From Trichosphaerium sp. ATCC 40318 (Eukaryota > Protista > Tubulinea): 64,000 nt of DNA. A program made the position numbers and the translations under genes. The notes under the pieces are model-generated. The model did not search any database. It was given only the letters and a program-made list of their open reading frames with translations, and was not told where the DNA came from. The stretch covers positions 48,922-112,921 of the forward strand of contig JALMLS010000307.1 in NCBI GenBank assembly GCA_038496445.1, given 5' to 3'. Positions 1-13,700 of this stretch are shown in pieces (position 1 is the stretch's first letter; each line of letters begins with the position of its first letter).

Positions 1-1367
1 AACTTGTATTAACTTGGTATGGTAGCTCCATGTATTTGGATCTGTAACAACTGGCCTGTATCTTCCTACAAGGTGACATTTTGACTTGTTCGGTTGTACT
101 TGTGATTAACTTATTTCTAGTGACGTTGACGTTACTATTTTATGCCCTGCGAGGACACCAGGTTGTTTATATATGATGTCAAGACGTATACAGGAGAGCG
201 GGCTTTCTAGTGTTGTAGAGGTTATCTCAGGTGCTAAAGTAAGCTCTACCTTCACTTCTCACTCGCTTTCTTACACTTTATTTCAAAAAAAAAGGTTCCA
301 ATCATAAAACTTAGAGACTCAAAGACTGGGTGCAAGGTTGACGTTAGTTTTAATATAATTAATGGCAGAGAAAATACAGAAATAATCAGAGGTTTAATGA
401 AGAAGTTTCGAGCTTTGGCACCCTTGACATACGTCTTAAAGCAATTTCTAGCGCAAAGAGGGTTGAATGAGCCTTTTAGCGGCGGTATGGGGTCATACTG
501 CGTTGTTTTGCTTTTGACCAGTTTTTTACAAGTACGCGCTACTGGAAAGCCTCTATAGCCCTCTTGCATAACGTATATTGTAGAAAAAACGTCGTGAACT
601 TGGCAAGGATGAAAAGAATTTAGGCTATCTACTCACAGAGTTTTTTCGGCTTTACGGTCGTTCTTTCAATTATTTCACTACAGGTGTTAACGTAGAGAAC
701 GAAGGAGAGTATTTTAGAAAGGTACCAAAGCCAGCGTAAAAATGTTGATTTTGTAGATTAACTTTTTTCTCTCCTCCAGATCGATAAAAACATGACTAGA
801 CCAAAGCAACCTTATATGCTGTGCCTCCAAGATCCTCATGACCCTTGTACGGATTAATAGTACATTCTTGATGGAACTTACTGTCTACGCGTAGCCAATG
901 ATGTAGCGAGACCGTCTTTCAAAATTCGAGAACTTAGAAGAGTCTTTGATTATGCATACACGTAAGCAACTACCTGTTTAAACAGTAATTCTCCGGAGGG
1001 TTTAACGAACAATTTTTTTTAAAGGAGGTTGACAGTGCCTGTTGATTCACGATATGAAACAACGTCTACACTGCTCAGAAGGATTCTGAGGGTGGATTTA
1101 TATGAAATGAAACATCGGTCGTGCGTATTTTTGAATCTTCACCGCAATTGTCGCCAAAGCTCGATTCTAATGCGTTATAATACTAGAGAGATTGAGGAAA
1201 TGTATAAACAAGCAACAACAGCAACACCTCAACCGAAATCGAAGCCAAAACAGAAGAAGTCGAAGAGGAAAAAGAGCAAGAAGAAAAAACATAAACTAGC
1301 AAAGAAACTGAAGCGTCAGCGTGAATTAGAATATGCTCAAGAGACAAACGTAGTAGACCTCACTTAA
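1..1367 (+). CDS. TRF4: Non-canonical poly(A) polymerase TRF4/PAPD5 family (5'-partial, multi-exon)
   Basis: Spliced exons give VFGSVTTGLYLPTS-DVDVT (GS...DxD nucleotidyltransferase motif), VPIIKLRDSKTGCKVDVSFN, LKQFLAQRGLNEPFSGGMGSY and LCLQDPHDP (PAP-associated), followed by a Lys-rich tail ending at TAA 1367. Confidence 0.9.
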
Positions 1368-1718
1368 CTGTGTGTCACTTATTACTTTTTTGGCTTATTC
1401 TTCTACCCCTAACTTAAACAAACTTTTCTTTTGTTTATTTGTAACACTCCTTCTTGTAGATTTAAAAATTTCGTACCCCCTACACACAAACTGATAACCA
1501 CCTTTTCTCTATCACTAGCTTTTTTTTTTTTCTTTTTCTTTTCAGCTTTCCTTTTTTTTTCTTGGTTTTTTTTTTTTTTCGTTTTTTGATTAGAAGTTCT
1601 TTACTGCTAATGTCTGACTTGTAGTATATAGTTGGGAACACCATTATATTATACTAATACTCTTTTTTATTGAGAGTTTCTGATAGCTTGTTTTGGAGAA
1701 GTCCTTTGGGTGTTGGGT

Positions 1719-2810
1719 CTATCGCAGGAACATCTGCTTTGGACAAAAAACAAACCCAGCAAAAAAAAAATTATTGCGAGTATCCACCTCAAAAGTGGTC
1801 TTTCGCGCCTTGGTATTATTGACCTGTTGCATATCGTACCATTTGTACAGGTCAATAACATCAAGATCGCTTAGAGATAATGCACATGCTTTGAACGTTA
1901 CTGTGTGGAGTGGACTTAACAAACGACAGCAAACGACAAAAATATCTACATCACAAACCTATCAGATTTGTTGGAGCTCAGAAACAATAAGTTGCCACCC
2001 ACTAAACTACTGAAAGTTGAAAGAAGGTAATAAACAGCAACTCTTACATATCTTAACCATAGGTTTCAAAGCAGGGCGCATGTGAACAAAGGCGTGAGAG
2101 CAATAAGAAAGCATATATAAACAATAGTAAAAGTTAGAAATACTTCTTACTTATTCATACACGTGACTTTTTGATCCGTTTATAGCAGGTGTGTCTATTG
2201 AGCAATTGTTTGTTCTATAGTACAACTTGTTGAATATATTTCCTTACGATGTGCTCTAACATTTTATTGGTTACATCTCATATATCTTTTTGTCCTCTAT
2301 CTTCACATTTTTATAAGTTGTCCGTTCTCATCCCAATCTTTGAATTACAGAGTTAATCAACAGTATCTTATACTAACAAGTATCATTAAATATTTCATAT
2401 GTGCCTTAAGTGTACATCCTAACTACATCCTACTCCCTTGCCGCACATAGAAGACTCGACAGTATTTGAACCTTGGAATTAGCCTACTTAACGTTGTTTA
2501 AAGGAATAGAATACCAAATCTTTCACCAAAAGTAAAAACCTGACGGTTTTTTACATTTCTGTCGGTCACTTTTAACTCTTTAGCTGATGTAAAAATAGCC
2601 CGAGTTTGAAGTACAACCATTTTATCACAATTTTGTAATTTGATGATCGTTCAGTTGCTGAGACGCTGTAGCGGTACCACAATCCACATCTATTAGGAAT
2701 GGATAAAGTATGAGGCTTTCAATATCAAAGTGACACAGATAAAGCTCCATCGCTTGACACTTTTTTTCAAATACAATTGTTAAAATGAACGTAGTAGCTT
2801 GGAACATGGT
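1719..2810 (-). pseudogene. Possible decayed LRR-type gene remnant
   Basis: Short broken fragments (ELYLCHFDIESL; LHTVTFKACALSLSDL) loosely resemble the LRR units of the nearby F-box/LRR genes. There are many stops and no coherent splice pattern. Confidence 0.25.
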
Positions 2811-3470
2811 TAAAGCCTACTTTGTGCTCTCAGATCTTTATAAGAAAAAAACAAGTATCACATGGTTTTTCAGTCAAAAACCGGCGAAAAAAAAATGTAT
2901 CCGATGCTCGCAATTCAAAAATACGAGCGTAAGTTGGGTTTCAAATACGGTTTCTTCAAAATCTAAACGTACCGCTTAGGGAACAATCTCTCAAAACCTT
3001 GCAAAGCTCTACAACATTCAACCAAGCCCAACAATACGTAGAAAAATAGCGCTAAAGCCAAATAACCTTTGAAAAAAAAGTGAGTTTACAAAACGTGATG
3101 TCAACGTACAAACGTGTAGTGATAATTTTATATAGTCTTGGCCTTGTTTCCACTTGATGTATGCTGTCGGTTAGCGTCAGTGCCTTAAGGGTAAAGAACT
3201 CTTTGGATTGTACATAACACAATGAAGGCTTGTACAGGTTAGGAAATCGCTACCAGGGTGGTCACTTGTATCTATGTAGCAATCTACACAAGCTCAAGAA
3301 AGCTCATCGGACATATTCTAAATACGTTAATGGTATTGGCAAGAGAAGAGTCTTTCCTCGTAATATATTTGTGAACTCGATCTGTAGTAGCAAAAAATAA
3401 ACGAAAAAAGGGGAATAAATGTTTATTGGTTCTACATTTACAAGTAGCGTAAACAAGGGTAGGTAGGCAC

Positions 3471-4929
<1,459 letters not shown>

Positions 4930-5409
4930 GATTGTTGCTATTTTGTGTTGTTACTGAGGTTTGATCCTTGTAATAATGAAGTGTAAACGTAACACAGTGA
5001 GCGGAATTTTTCAATTTTCTGAAAAATACTCTGCTCTCATTGATTTTCAGCGTACAGTGTGAATGATTGCGAGACGCCAAAAAGGACTCGCTGTATGAAA
5101 ACCTATGGATCAGGCTTTTACGTTATTTATATGACAACTGTAAAAGGTTAAAGGAGAAGCGAGAAAAAAGAAAACCTTCAATAGCCACAACACATCTAAA
5201 CAACCCACTGCTGTAAGAAAATAAACAATAAACTATCTCTTTTGTTAAGCTTTGCTACATAGTTCAATATCTTGTAGGTACAATATCACGTATTGTAGGT
5301 ACTTCAGATGACACTTTACTACCTATCTCTAGGACCACGGATTATATAGCTTGTAATTCTGAAACGGTAGGTCTGCTAGAAAAATGGAAAACAATTTCAT
5401 TCAACTAAA

Positions 5410-5640
5410 CTATTTATGTTTTTCCCATTGCTGATACACCAGTCTAATGTTTGCATCTCCAAGACACTTAACACCTTCTTCGTAACTTGTGTACCTGTAA
5501 CATCAATAAATTTCACGCCACAAGTGCTTTAATACCATCATCAGTGATATTATGACAAAAGTTGAGATAAATCTTTGAGACGCCATCAAGCTCGCAGCCA
5601 AATCAAAAATCAGATGGTCAATGTTTGCTTGTTCAGTAAG
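5410..5640 (-). pseudogene. Frameshifted LRR remnant continuing past the stop of the upstream F-box/LRR gene
   Basis: Reads LDGVSKIYLNFCHNITDDGIKAL / GVKFIDVTGTQVT / EEGVKCLGD across frameshifts, the same repeat type as 5644-6942. Confidence 0.6.
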
Positions 5641-5643
5641 TCG

Positions 5644-6942
5644 TTAATCAAATGGGTTTTTGAGACTGAGACGAGAAATTCGATTCACAGTTATACCCAA
5701 GGCTTCAGCGCACTCTGTTGTAATACCACATGTGCTTGAGAAGCTAAAGTTTTTCAGAGATGTCAAGTGTTTCATGCTTTCATCTGTTATCTTAGCCACA
5801 CAATAAAGGAGAATGAGGTATTCTAAGTTAATCAAATGCTCCAATCCTGATTTTGTAATTTTATTAAAACCTTTGATGAAGAGTTGTTTGAGGTTAACCA
5901 ATTTTTTGATTCCTTTATCAGTTATATTTTTGCATCGTACAAGAACAAGACTTTCGAGATTTACCAAACACTTCAATTGACCATCTTGTATATTCTTCAT
6001 ATAACCCTCCTTTATAGTGAGATATTTGAGGTTTACCAAGTTATGTAGGAATGAGTAATTGATACCATCACATCTTCTAATATCAAGACGATCAAGATTG
6101 ACCAATCCTTTTAATCCATTGTCTGTTATTTTCTCACAATTAACAAGACGTAACTGTTTAAGGTTTACCAAGGCTTGCAATCCTTTATCTGTTATTTGAA
6201 TACAACCACCAGGACGTAGCTGTGTGACATTGGTCAATGATATGAGCCCTTCATCTGTAAGCGAACTTCCTTTGTAAATGTTAACTATATGCACTTTGGT
6301 AAGGTATTTGATCCACGACTCACGTGGATTACTTAATACTATTTTTTTGACGTTTTTAAGTGCTTTGATGCCTTCATCACTTATATTCTCGCATTTGGCA
6401 ATGTTAATTGTGTGTATCTCACTGAGTGCCTTTAATGAAACATCAGTGATGTTTGTACATGCTAAGTTGATTGCATGAATGCTGTGTTGTCCATGTTGTA
6501 ATAAAGAAAGGATATCTGAGTCGTTAACATTTGAAAGATGTAGGCCAACCGTGTGAACACCGCAAAGACAAGCCAAGTCACTTGATGTAAATTCGAGACG
6601 CATACATGTTATTCTAGTGTTTTTAAGCAACGGACTGCCTTTTAACACGTGACAATCCGAAGATTCTTTCAATTTGATCTCATTAAACCCAATATTTTGG
6701 CGGATAATGTCATTAAACAAGTGAGACACTGTAGAAGCCATAATACGATTGTGTCTGTTTAAATAAAATAGAATACACGTTAATATCTCTGGTGGAAGCT
6801 GTTCAAGTAGAATAACTTGGTTTATTGCCATTGTGTTTGGATACAGAGATTTACGACAACTACTATTGGTAAGCACGTGATGTTTTGGACCAAACTCTAT
6901 TCTATTACTCACGTTAGATTTGCTAGCTCCATTATTGTACAT
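5644..6942 (-). CDS. Intronless F-box/LRR (cysteine-containing, FBXL-like) protein
   Basis: F-box LEQLPPEILTCILFYL...VSHLFNDII followed by about 11 repeats of LxxLxLxxCxxITDxGLxxLxN. Alternative ATG at 6831. Confidence 0.85.
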   Translation of the reverse strand: MYNNGASKSNVSNRIEFGPKHHVLTNSSCRKSLYPNTMAINQVILLEQLPPEILTCILFYLNRHNRIMASTVSHLFNDIIRQNIGFNEIKLKESSDCHVLKGSPLLKNTRITCMRLEFTSSDLACLCGVHTVGLHLSNVNDSDILSLLQHGQHSIHAINLACTNITDVSLKALSEIHTINIAKCENISDEGIKALKNVKKIVLSNPRESWIKYLTKVHIVNIYKGSSLTDEGLISLTNVTQLRPGGCIQITDKGLQALVNLKQLRLVNCEKITDNGLKGLVNLDRLDIRRCDGINYSFLHNLVNLKYLTIKEGYMKNIQDGQLKCLVNLESLVLVRCKNITDKGIKKLVNLKQLFIKGFNKITKSGLEHLINLEYLILLYCVAKITDESMKHLTSLKNFSFSSTCGITTECAEALGITVNRISRLSLKNPFD

Positions 6943-7098
6943 TCAAGCTCTCTCTACTCTTTTATTGTTGAACTATTTAGAATCAGGCTCCTGATGCCTC
7001 TTCAAGTGTACGAGGTTAAGTTAAAATCAGTATTGGCTGGTGGTCTGTTTAAGTCAGTCAACGCTTATTGTAGTTTCAATTCAACACTTGCTAAACAA

Positions 7099-7923
7099 AT
7101 GTCTACATTGTACAATGCTAAACAAAGCTTGCTTCAAGCAAAAACCCCAAAAACAGTAGAAGAGTTGCCACCGGAGATGTTAACACATATTCTAAGTTAT
7201 CTAGAAAGAAAACAACGTATTATATCATCTGCAGTTTCTCACGTGTTTAATAACATCATTCGCTGTAATATTGGCTTTCATACAATTAATTTAGACAATT
7301 CATCAGATACTGCTGCCCTCAAAGGCAGTCCGCTTCTGAAAAACACACACATCAAATATCGTGGTTTGGTTCTTACGCCTACCGATTTGTGCTGCCTTTC
7401 TGGTGTTAAATCAATAGATGTGGGAACAACCACTATTACAGACGAAGGTGTCCTTGCCTTACTACAAGGAGGAGATCACACCATTCATACCATTGATTTG
7501 TCACTGACAAAGATAACAGATGCTTCATTGATAGCTCTCAGGGGTGTGCACACAATTAATCTTACTTTTTGCAGTATTAGCATTGAAGGAATAAAGGCAC
7601 TCAAAGATGTACATGATATTACAATCGCTAATCCAACAGACTCATGGCTCAAACATCTTGGAAATGTACACACTGTTCGTATTGGTGGTGGTATATCATT
7701 GACAGATTATGGACTCAAATCATTGATAAATGTTAAGAGCTTACATTTATCTTGGTGTTCAAAAATAACAGACTCAGGTTTTAAGAATATGAGTAATCTT
7801 CAACATTTAGAACTTTCTTTGTGCGATTTACTCACAAATGGTTGTTTGAAACACTTGACTTCTCTCAAAACTATAACAAACTGTAAAACAGTCATAAAAT
7901 ATGTTGCTGATGATTGGGTATAA
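7099..7923 (+). CDS. Intronless F-box/LRR protein, divergent paralogue of 5644-6942
   Basis: VEELPPEMLTHILSYL...VSHVFNNIIRCNIGF...LKGSPLLKNT is nearly colinear with the minus-strand copy, with a shorter LRR array. ATG 7099 is inside the listed ORF. Confidence 0.85.
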   Translation: MSTLYNAKQSLLQAKTPKTVEELPPEMLTHILSYLERKQRIISSAVSHVFNNIIRCNIGFHTINLDNSSDTAALKGSPLLKNTHIKYRGLVLTPTDLCCLSGVKSIDVGTTTITDEGVLALLQGGDHTIHTIDLSLTKITDASLIALRGVHTINLTFCSISIEGIKALKDVHDITIANPTDSWLKHLGNVHTVRIGGGISLTDYGLKSLINVKSLHLSWCSKITDSGFKNMSNLQHLELSLCDLLTNGCLKHLTSLKTITNCKTVIKYVADDWV

Positions 7924-8996
7924 CTTGGCTCCTATACAACACCTCTTAGATGAAGTCATAAAACAGAAATGACGATATATCTTGATGTCATACTTTTTTA
8001 GTTGTAGTAGCACATCTTCTGGAGCAAACTTATTGCATCAAGCGTTTTAAGATGGCTTATGCTACCATTCTTACTTTCAGGAAATAAATTATCTGTTAGT
8101 AGAAAAGCAGTGTGAAACGTTTTTGTGCCAGTGTTCATGAACCTATCAAAGTGCATACCAAATTTTTTTCCTGATTAGATTGGTCATTTGTTAGTGTCTC
8201 AGCACACTCTTGACACTGATCTGTGTTACAGACGCCTGCGGGAACGATTGAACAAATCACCATGTTGGTTATACTGTCAACTAGCGTTAGTCATGGGACA
8301 AGTAGAGTAACATGGCTTCAAGTACTTGAAGTATGGTTTTGCTGTTTCTTTTTGACGTCAAGCCACTTTTAAGCTAAAAAGAATTCCTGCCCGACAAAGA
8401 ACTAAAGTCAGTGTAGAAATAAACACAAAGGCTGATTATCTAGTACTTATTGTCATGATGTCATTTCTTGGTGGCATTGTCCTACTAACTGTTCTCTTTG
8501 CGTGTTATATCTTTGTACATAAACAATACAAGCAAGATTACACAAAACCCTACCCATATAGCTACTGTTGGACCTGCAATACAGCGTAGCAAATGTATTA
8601 ATAAAATGAGTATGATTGCTTAATTGTATTATGATCTGTGGCTACTTAAGCAAACTCATCAACAAGCCAACAGCCACATGTTGAGTAGTTTACAAATATG
8701 TAAACCCCAGGTAACAACCAACAGGCTAAGAAGACTTTTTCACCTTATATAACGCCAAAATCCGCTCTGAGTGTTTTTGTGTACCACTACTGTTTTTTCG
8801 GCCAAGTACCATTTTATTCCGGTGCACGTGTACTCCAACGAGTGCAGAACCTTTGTCTGTCACGTGATAAATCTTAAATCTACCGTGTCCTTTGTAGTTT
8901 TCTTCACCAAGCACTTTGAACTCAAGCTGAGGTTTCAATTAGACACTTGATTATAATACATGTGGCGTTTGTTTTATTTAAAGGGGAGGAGGGTTG

Positions 8997-10540
8997 CTAT
9001 TTAAAGTACATATCAAAGTAGTCATCCAAGAATTCAAGTTTTCCCATCTTATAAAGTACAGCAAGTGTAAGCAGCAAAACAACAATACCTATGAACGTAT
9101 CAATGCAAGCAGTCGACTGCCTTTTCGAAGTAGTAGCCCCAGTAGTAGGAGGTGCAATAACCTGACCAGGTTCAAGAGCTACAGTTTGACTTGCATTAAG
9201 AGGTGCATCAAACGACGGCTGTGGGACCTATACACTAGTTAATGACCTTTCTAAAAATAGCATAACATTTGGGGTTTTTTTTGTGAAAAAGTCTGTACCG
9301 GTTCACTATCACGTGCTCTACGAGAAGCACGTGGAATTATTGGTGTTTCAACATTAGGATCGAGATCAGCTGATCTAAGTAGAGATCCTGTAGAAGTACG
9401 TAATACAGGACGTTGTGGAGTTGTTTGCCTAAACCTCAGTAAAAAAAAACTTCGTGTTAATATGAGGTACGAACGGAGTAATGGGTGTGGTTGTCGCTGT
9501 TTGTGTTTTTTCTTCTTCTTTTTTATTATCCGAATCGGCACCATTTGTTTTTTCTTCTTTGTTATCTTCTTGCTTATCACCATCATCGCCTTTCTTTATT
9601 TTTTTCTCCTTGACAAGCTGTTCTTTTGTTGTAACACGCATCTCCTTTGTGATATCTTTTAGTTCGTCGGATTCAAGCACTTTAGAAGCTTCATTTGGGT
9701 CCTCTGGTGGTAGTGCCTATAACACGTGATTAAGTTAAAGTATAAGTAAGCCATTAACTTACGATCAGATTTGCAGAACCGCAGGCAGTGCATTTCCATG
9801 ATAGAGACTTTCTCGCAGCTTCTTTACGGTTAGCTTCGCTCCAGTTGAGTGCGCCTATTGCTCCATCTCCTGGAGTTGGCATGAACGACATCAGAGCCAA
9901 AATTACTGTGCGCACTAGACGAAAAACATGAGACGAAAACCAAGGCAACAGCCAAAGTACAAAAATGAGTGTCCAAAAAATAATCACAAAGAAAAATAAA
10001 AAAAAATTGTGAGGAATGATGATGCCTTACCGCTCCATGAAGGACGCCACGTTTCCTTATGATGTGAAGAAATTGTTAGACATATCTTTTGTCCACACTT
10101 AAATCTTCCATTCGGCTTGAAGAAGACGAGTAAGTCATGATTCTTGTGCAACGGAATTCGAAAAAAAAAAGTCTTTTTTTTTTTTTATGAAAGCTCGGAA
10201 TTATTGTGGCATACCGTTAGGAATACTATGTCAGGTGGTTCTAGTGGGTATTCAGGCGGTAGAATGATTCTACCGTGGTAAACGCCACCTTCGTATGGTG
10301 TGTCCCTAGGACCGCGTAGAGTGAAATGCCATTCGAATATATTGTCCTTTGAGGGTGTTAGAGCCGTGTTTACAAATAGTGACGTGTAATTTGAAACAAA
10401 CACATAAATACGCTCTATATTACCTCTAATGGCTCTGCACAGTACAATGTGCTACTCTCTTTTTGCATTTCTTTAATCTCGCGCATAATTCTGCGTACAG
10501 CAGCGCTATTCATATTAAGCTTTGAATTAGAGCTACGCAT
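8997..10540 (-). CDS. UBE2J1: Ubiquitin-conjugating enzyme E2 J1 (Ubc6-like, tail-anchored)
   Basis: SAAVRRIMREIKEM; DNIFEWHFTLRGPRDTPYEGGVYHGRIILPPEYPLEPPDI; PNGRFKCGQKICLTISSHHKETWRPSW with the catalytic Cys; C-terminal TM IGIVVLLLTLAVLYK. Confidence 0.92.
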
Positions 10541-10714
10541 GATGTAAGCGAAGCGTCTCACAGACTAAGAATACAGAAATTTGAAGTTTAAGTGAATGAT
10601 TGGCTTAAACGCCTTCTGTCTTTGTTTGTTTGTTTGTTTTTTTTTTTTTGAACAAAAAAAATGTCTATAATTACATTATGCCAAGCTACGTCTTTTCTTT
10701 TCCTTTTTGTTATT

Positions 10715-13700
10715 CTACTTTGGATCACGAGGTCCAATTGGATTGTGTTGGCTAGTGAATGCATGGGAGGCAGTATTTCTTTGACCTGTATGGCCCACGT
10801 GTTGCGACTGGATGTCTGGGTGATATGATTCGACCGTTCTTGGTCTAGGTTTGATTGCAGTCATCGCAGGGTATACCTTCTTGTAACCAACATACCCAGC
10901 TGCAGCTACGACGGCAGCAATGACTTACATACGAGTTAGAAACGAAATACATCAGAGGTTGTGAAAGAACGTACCCAAGACAGCAATAGTGATACCTACA
11001 GCTGCGCCAGCGCTAATACCTGCAGCAGCTCCAGATGCTGTTCCAGCTGTCACAGTACCTGAAAGCACTCCTCCATTTGCTGGGACAGAAGTTAACGTCA
11101 ATGGTTTTATTAGAGTTATACGCACCTTGAGTAGAACAAGAAACCATCGTAGCACCAATGCTGCCTTGTAACACACCTTGTTGAAATTAAGTTAGTTTCG
11201 AATGGGGAAAAAAAAAATAGATTCTGGAAGACTAAGACTAGTTATTTAGGATGGTACGTACCATTAACTCCATCGGTTAGTTCTGGTGTTCCACAACCTA
11301 TGCCCCTTCCCGCTGTTGCTAATGATCCAGGACCTAGGAATAGATGAAAAACGATTCGATTTAAAATTCTTGGTCTTTTTTTTTTTTTTTTCTTACCAAT
11401 TGATGTCAGTTCTACATAAAGTGGGGTTGTTGGTTCAATTTGTCTCTTTTTAGATATTCTTATCGTTATTTTAATAGTTATAGTTATTTTAATACCAGCC
11501 CTTTTTAAATAGGATGGTTAGTGCACAATTTCAAATATTTGAAAAAAAAAAAAAACAGAAAAAAAACAGAAAAAAGAAAAAAAACTACATTGCCATCGTA
11601 CCTGTCTTGTAAGTAGGTTGTCAGAGCGTCTTTCCACGAATTATTATTTCCGTCGAATATAAACAGTTTGAATCTCAATATCAATGTAATTGTGGCCAAG
11701 CATTTAACGTTGGGAGCTGGTTTGTAAATAACAAACTTCAAGCTGAAAGTGCCAAGGTTCCAGTAACAGTGGTCCCTGAATCCTTTCTTATATTTTATAG
11801 TAAACGCTGCTTGAGGGTAAAATGATGATCTTCCTTTTGGATATGTAGATAATGACTGCAGATATACCAAGTTAGCTCAGGGTCTAAGAAATATAATAAT
11901 TTCAAAAAAAAAACAGCATTACGTTTCCTGAAACAACTTGGTCTGTAGGTCCAACTGCGTTTGTATTAGGAGTAGTCGGTTCAGAACAGTTGTATCCAAA
12001 GTGCGCTAGCACATCACCGCCTACAAGTTCTTCAAGGCACTCCAAAATAGGTGTACAGGTTGAGTCTGGTTGTGTAGGTGGGGCTGTAGGCAGCGGTGTA
12101 GGTGAATCTGTTGGTGCAAGTGTAGGAGGGGGTGTAGGAGGGGGTGTAGGTTCAGGTCTTTGAGGTTTCTATTAGTAAAAGGTAACCCAATGTATCGACC
12201 GTACGTGGGTGGTTCAGTTGGTGGCGGAGATGTAGGTGGTGGGGCGGTAGATGTCGCTAGAAATTTTTAATAGAAGCGAATAATGAGTACTTACAGAAAT
12301 CAATCGCTAGCACATCGGCGCTAAAATCTGGTACCCCCTGTGGACAGCCCATACATACTACATCAACGTTCGTTCCCGAGAACGTTCCTGGGGCCGTTGC
12401 CGTAGCAAATTCGATCCGTGTTGAAGGTGGTTCACCATCGACTAAGTCAATCACGACTTTTGTGTCAGAACCTACCGTCCAAGTCTGAAAAATATTAGTG
12501 TTGTGCCGGTCAGTCTTGGTTTAGTTTTTTGATGTTAGCTCACTTACACCTCTAGTAACCTCAATCACACCTGTTGGCATTCCGCCTTCGAACTTTAGAA
12601 CTATAGTAGAAAAAGAACTGTAGTAGGTAAGAAGTGGATAAAAAAAAATCATTATCAAAAATATTGTTGGCACGTACTCTAATGTAAGATCTCCCATTAA
12701 GATAACATCACTTTCAACTACTAGGTTCAATAGCGTAGATGAAACACCATCCTCTATTATCACTGTCCCTGACTCCATACCCGTACTGGTAATCTGAATA
12801 TTGCTTTCGAGTATTGCGTTTGTAATGGTCACACTTCCAGCTTCAATTATTATCTTTGCACCAGCGTCCAGAGCTGTAACTGAGTGGCCTCCTTTTCTAA
12901 ATAGTACAGTGCCTTCTCCAACTACGCTTACACTAAACTACTATTAACCCAATGCTTGGCAAGGCCTACACAAGAAACAAAAAAATAGGGAACATACCCA
13001 GCAGCACCATAAACTTGAGGCTCATCTGTGTTGATTATAAGCTGGCTTGCATCCGAACTAAAGGTCACCATGTTTAAATTTTCGCTTCGGTCTTCAATAG
13101 TCAACTAAAAAAAAAAATTAAAAGAGTGAACAAAAAAACACGTGAATAAAGGTTTGTAATTCATAAAAAAAAACCTACCTCTGAAGAGCCCTCCAGTATA
13201 AAATTGTCACCATCAGCAATTTGTGTAGTAACCATTGAGTTGTCAATGATAAGATCACCAGGTTCAGGTCCTTTCAAGGATGTCTATATTCGAGTTTAGT
13301 GGTTAGGTGTTTGGTTGGTCGAAAACGCACAATTTCAAGGAGGCCCGAAGATAATATCCGAGTTGGACTCCTGGCTGTTATTGCCACACCGTTTATCAGA
13401 GTACCTTGAAATTCAAGATGAGTTGCGTTTTCCGCAGGTCTGGCATGTTCAACAACGACTATCATTGTTATTTAGCTATACATTACGCATAAGATGAGTA
13501 CCCTCCATTCCCTGTATTTCAGCTGTAGAGGTGAATGTCACTTGTGGTGCGGCAAATAAAAGTTGTGATCCTATGCCAGCTGGAGGATTATCGATTCTTT
13601 TAAACGTACCACCTAGCTCACAACTCTGGTAAAGTAGGTTAGAACAAAAGTGAAAACGATACAAAACTTTACGTACTCCTTCACCAACAAGGAAGAGGTC

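Noticed and set aside
1519-1590. Long poly-T tracts (many similar A/T runs elsewhere)
   Set aside because: Ordinary intronic/UTR homopolymers; no target-site duplication or retroelement body seen.
6817-7098. Apparent overlap of the two F-box ORFs
   Set aside because: The plus-strand ORF begins at a TTG; the plausible ATG is 7099, so there is no real overlap.
8726-8938. 70-aa ORF, possible transposase or gene fragment
   Set aside because: Non-ATG start, no recognisable motif, no terminal repeats.
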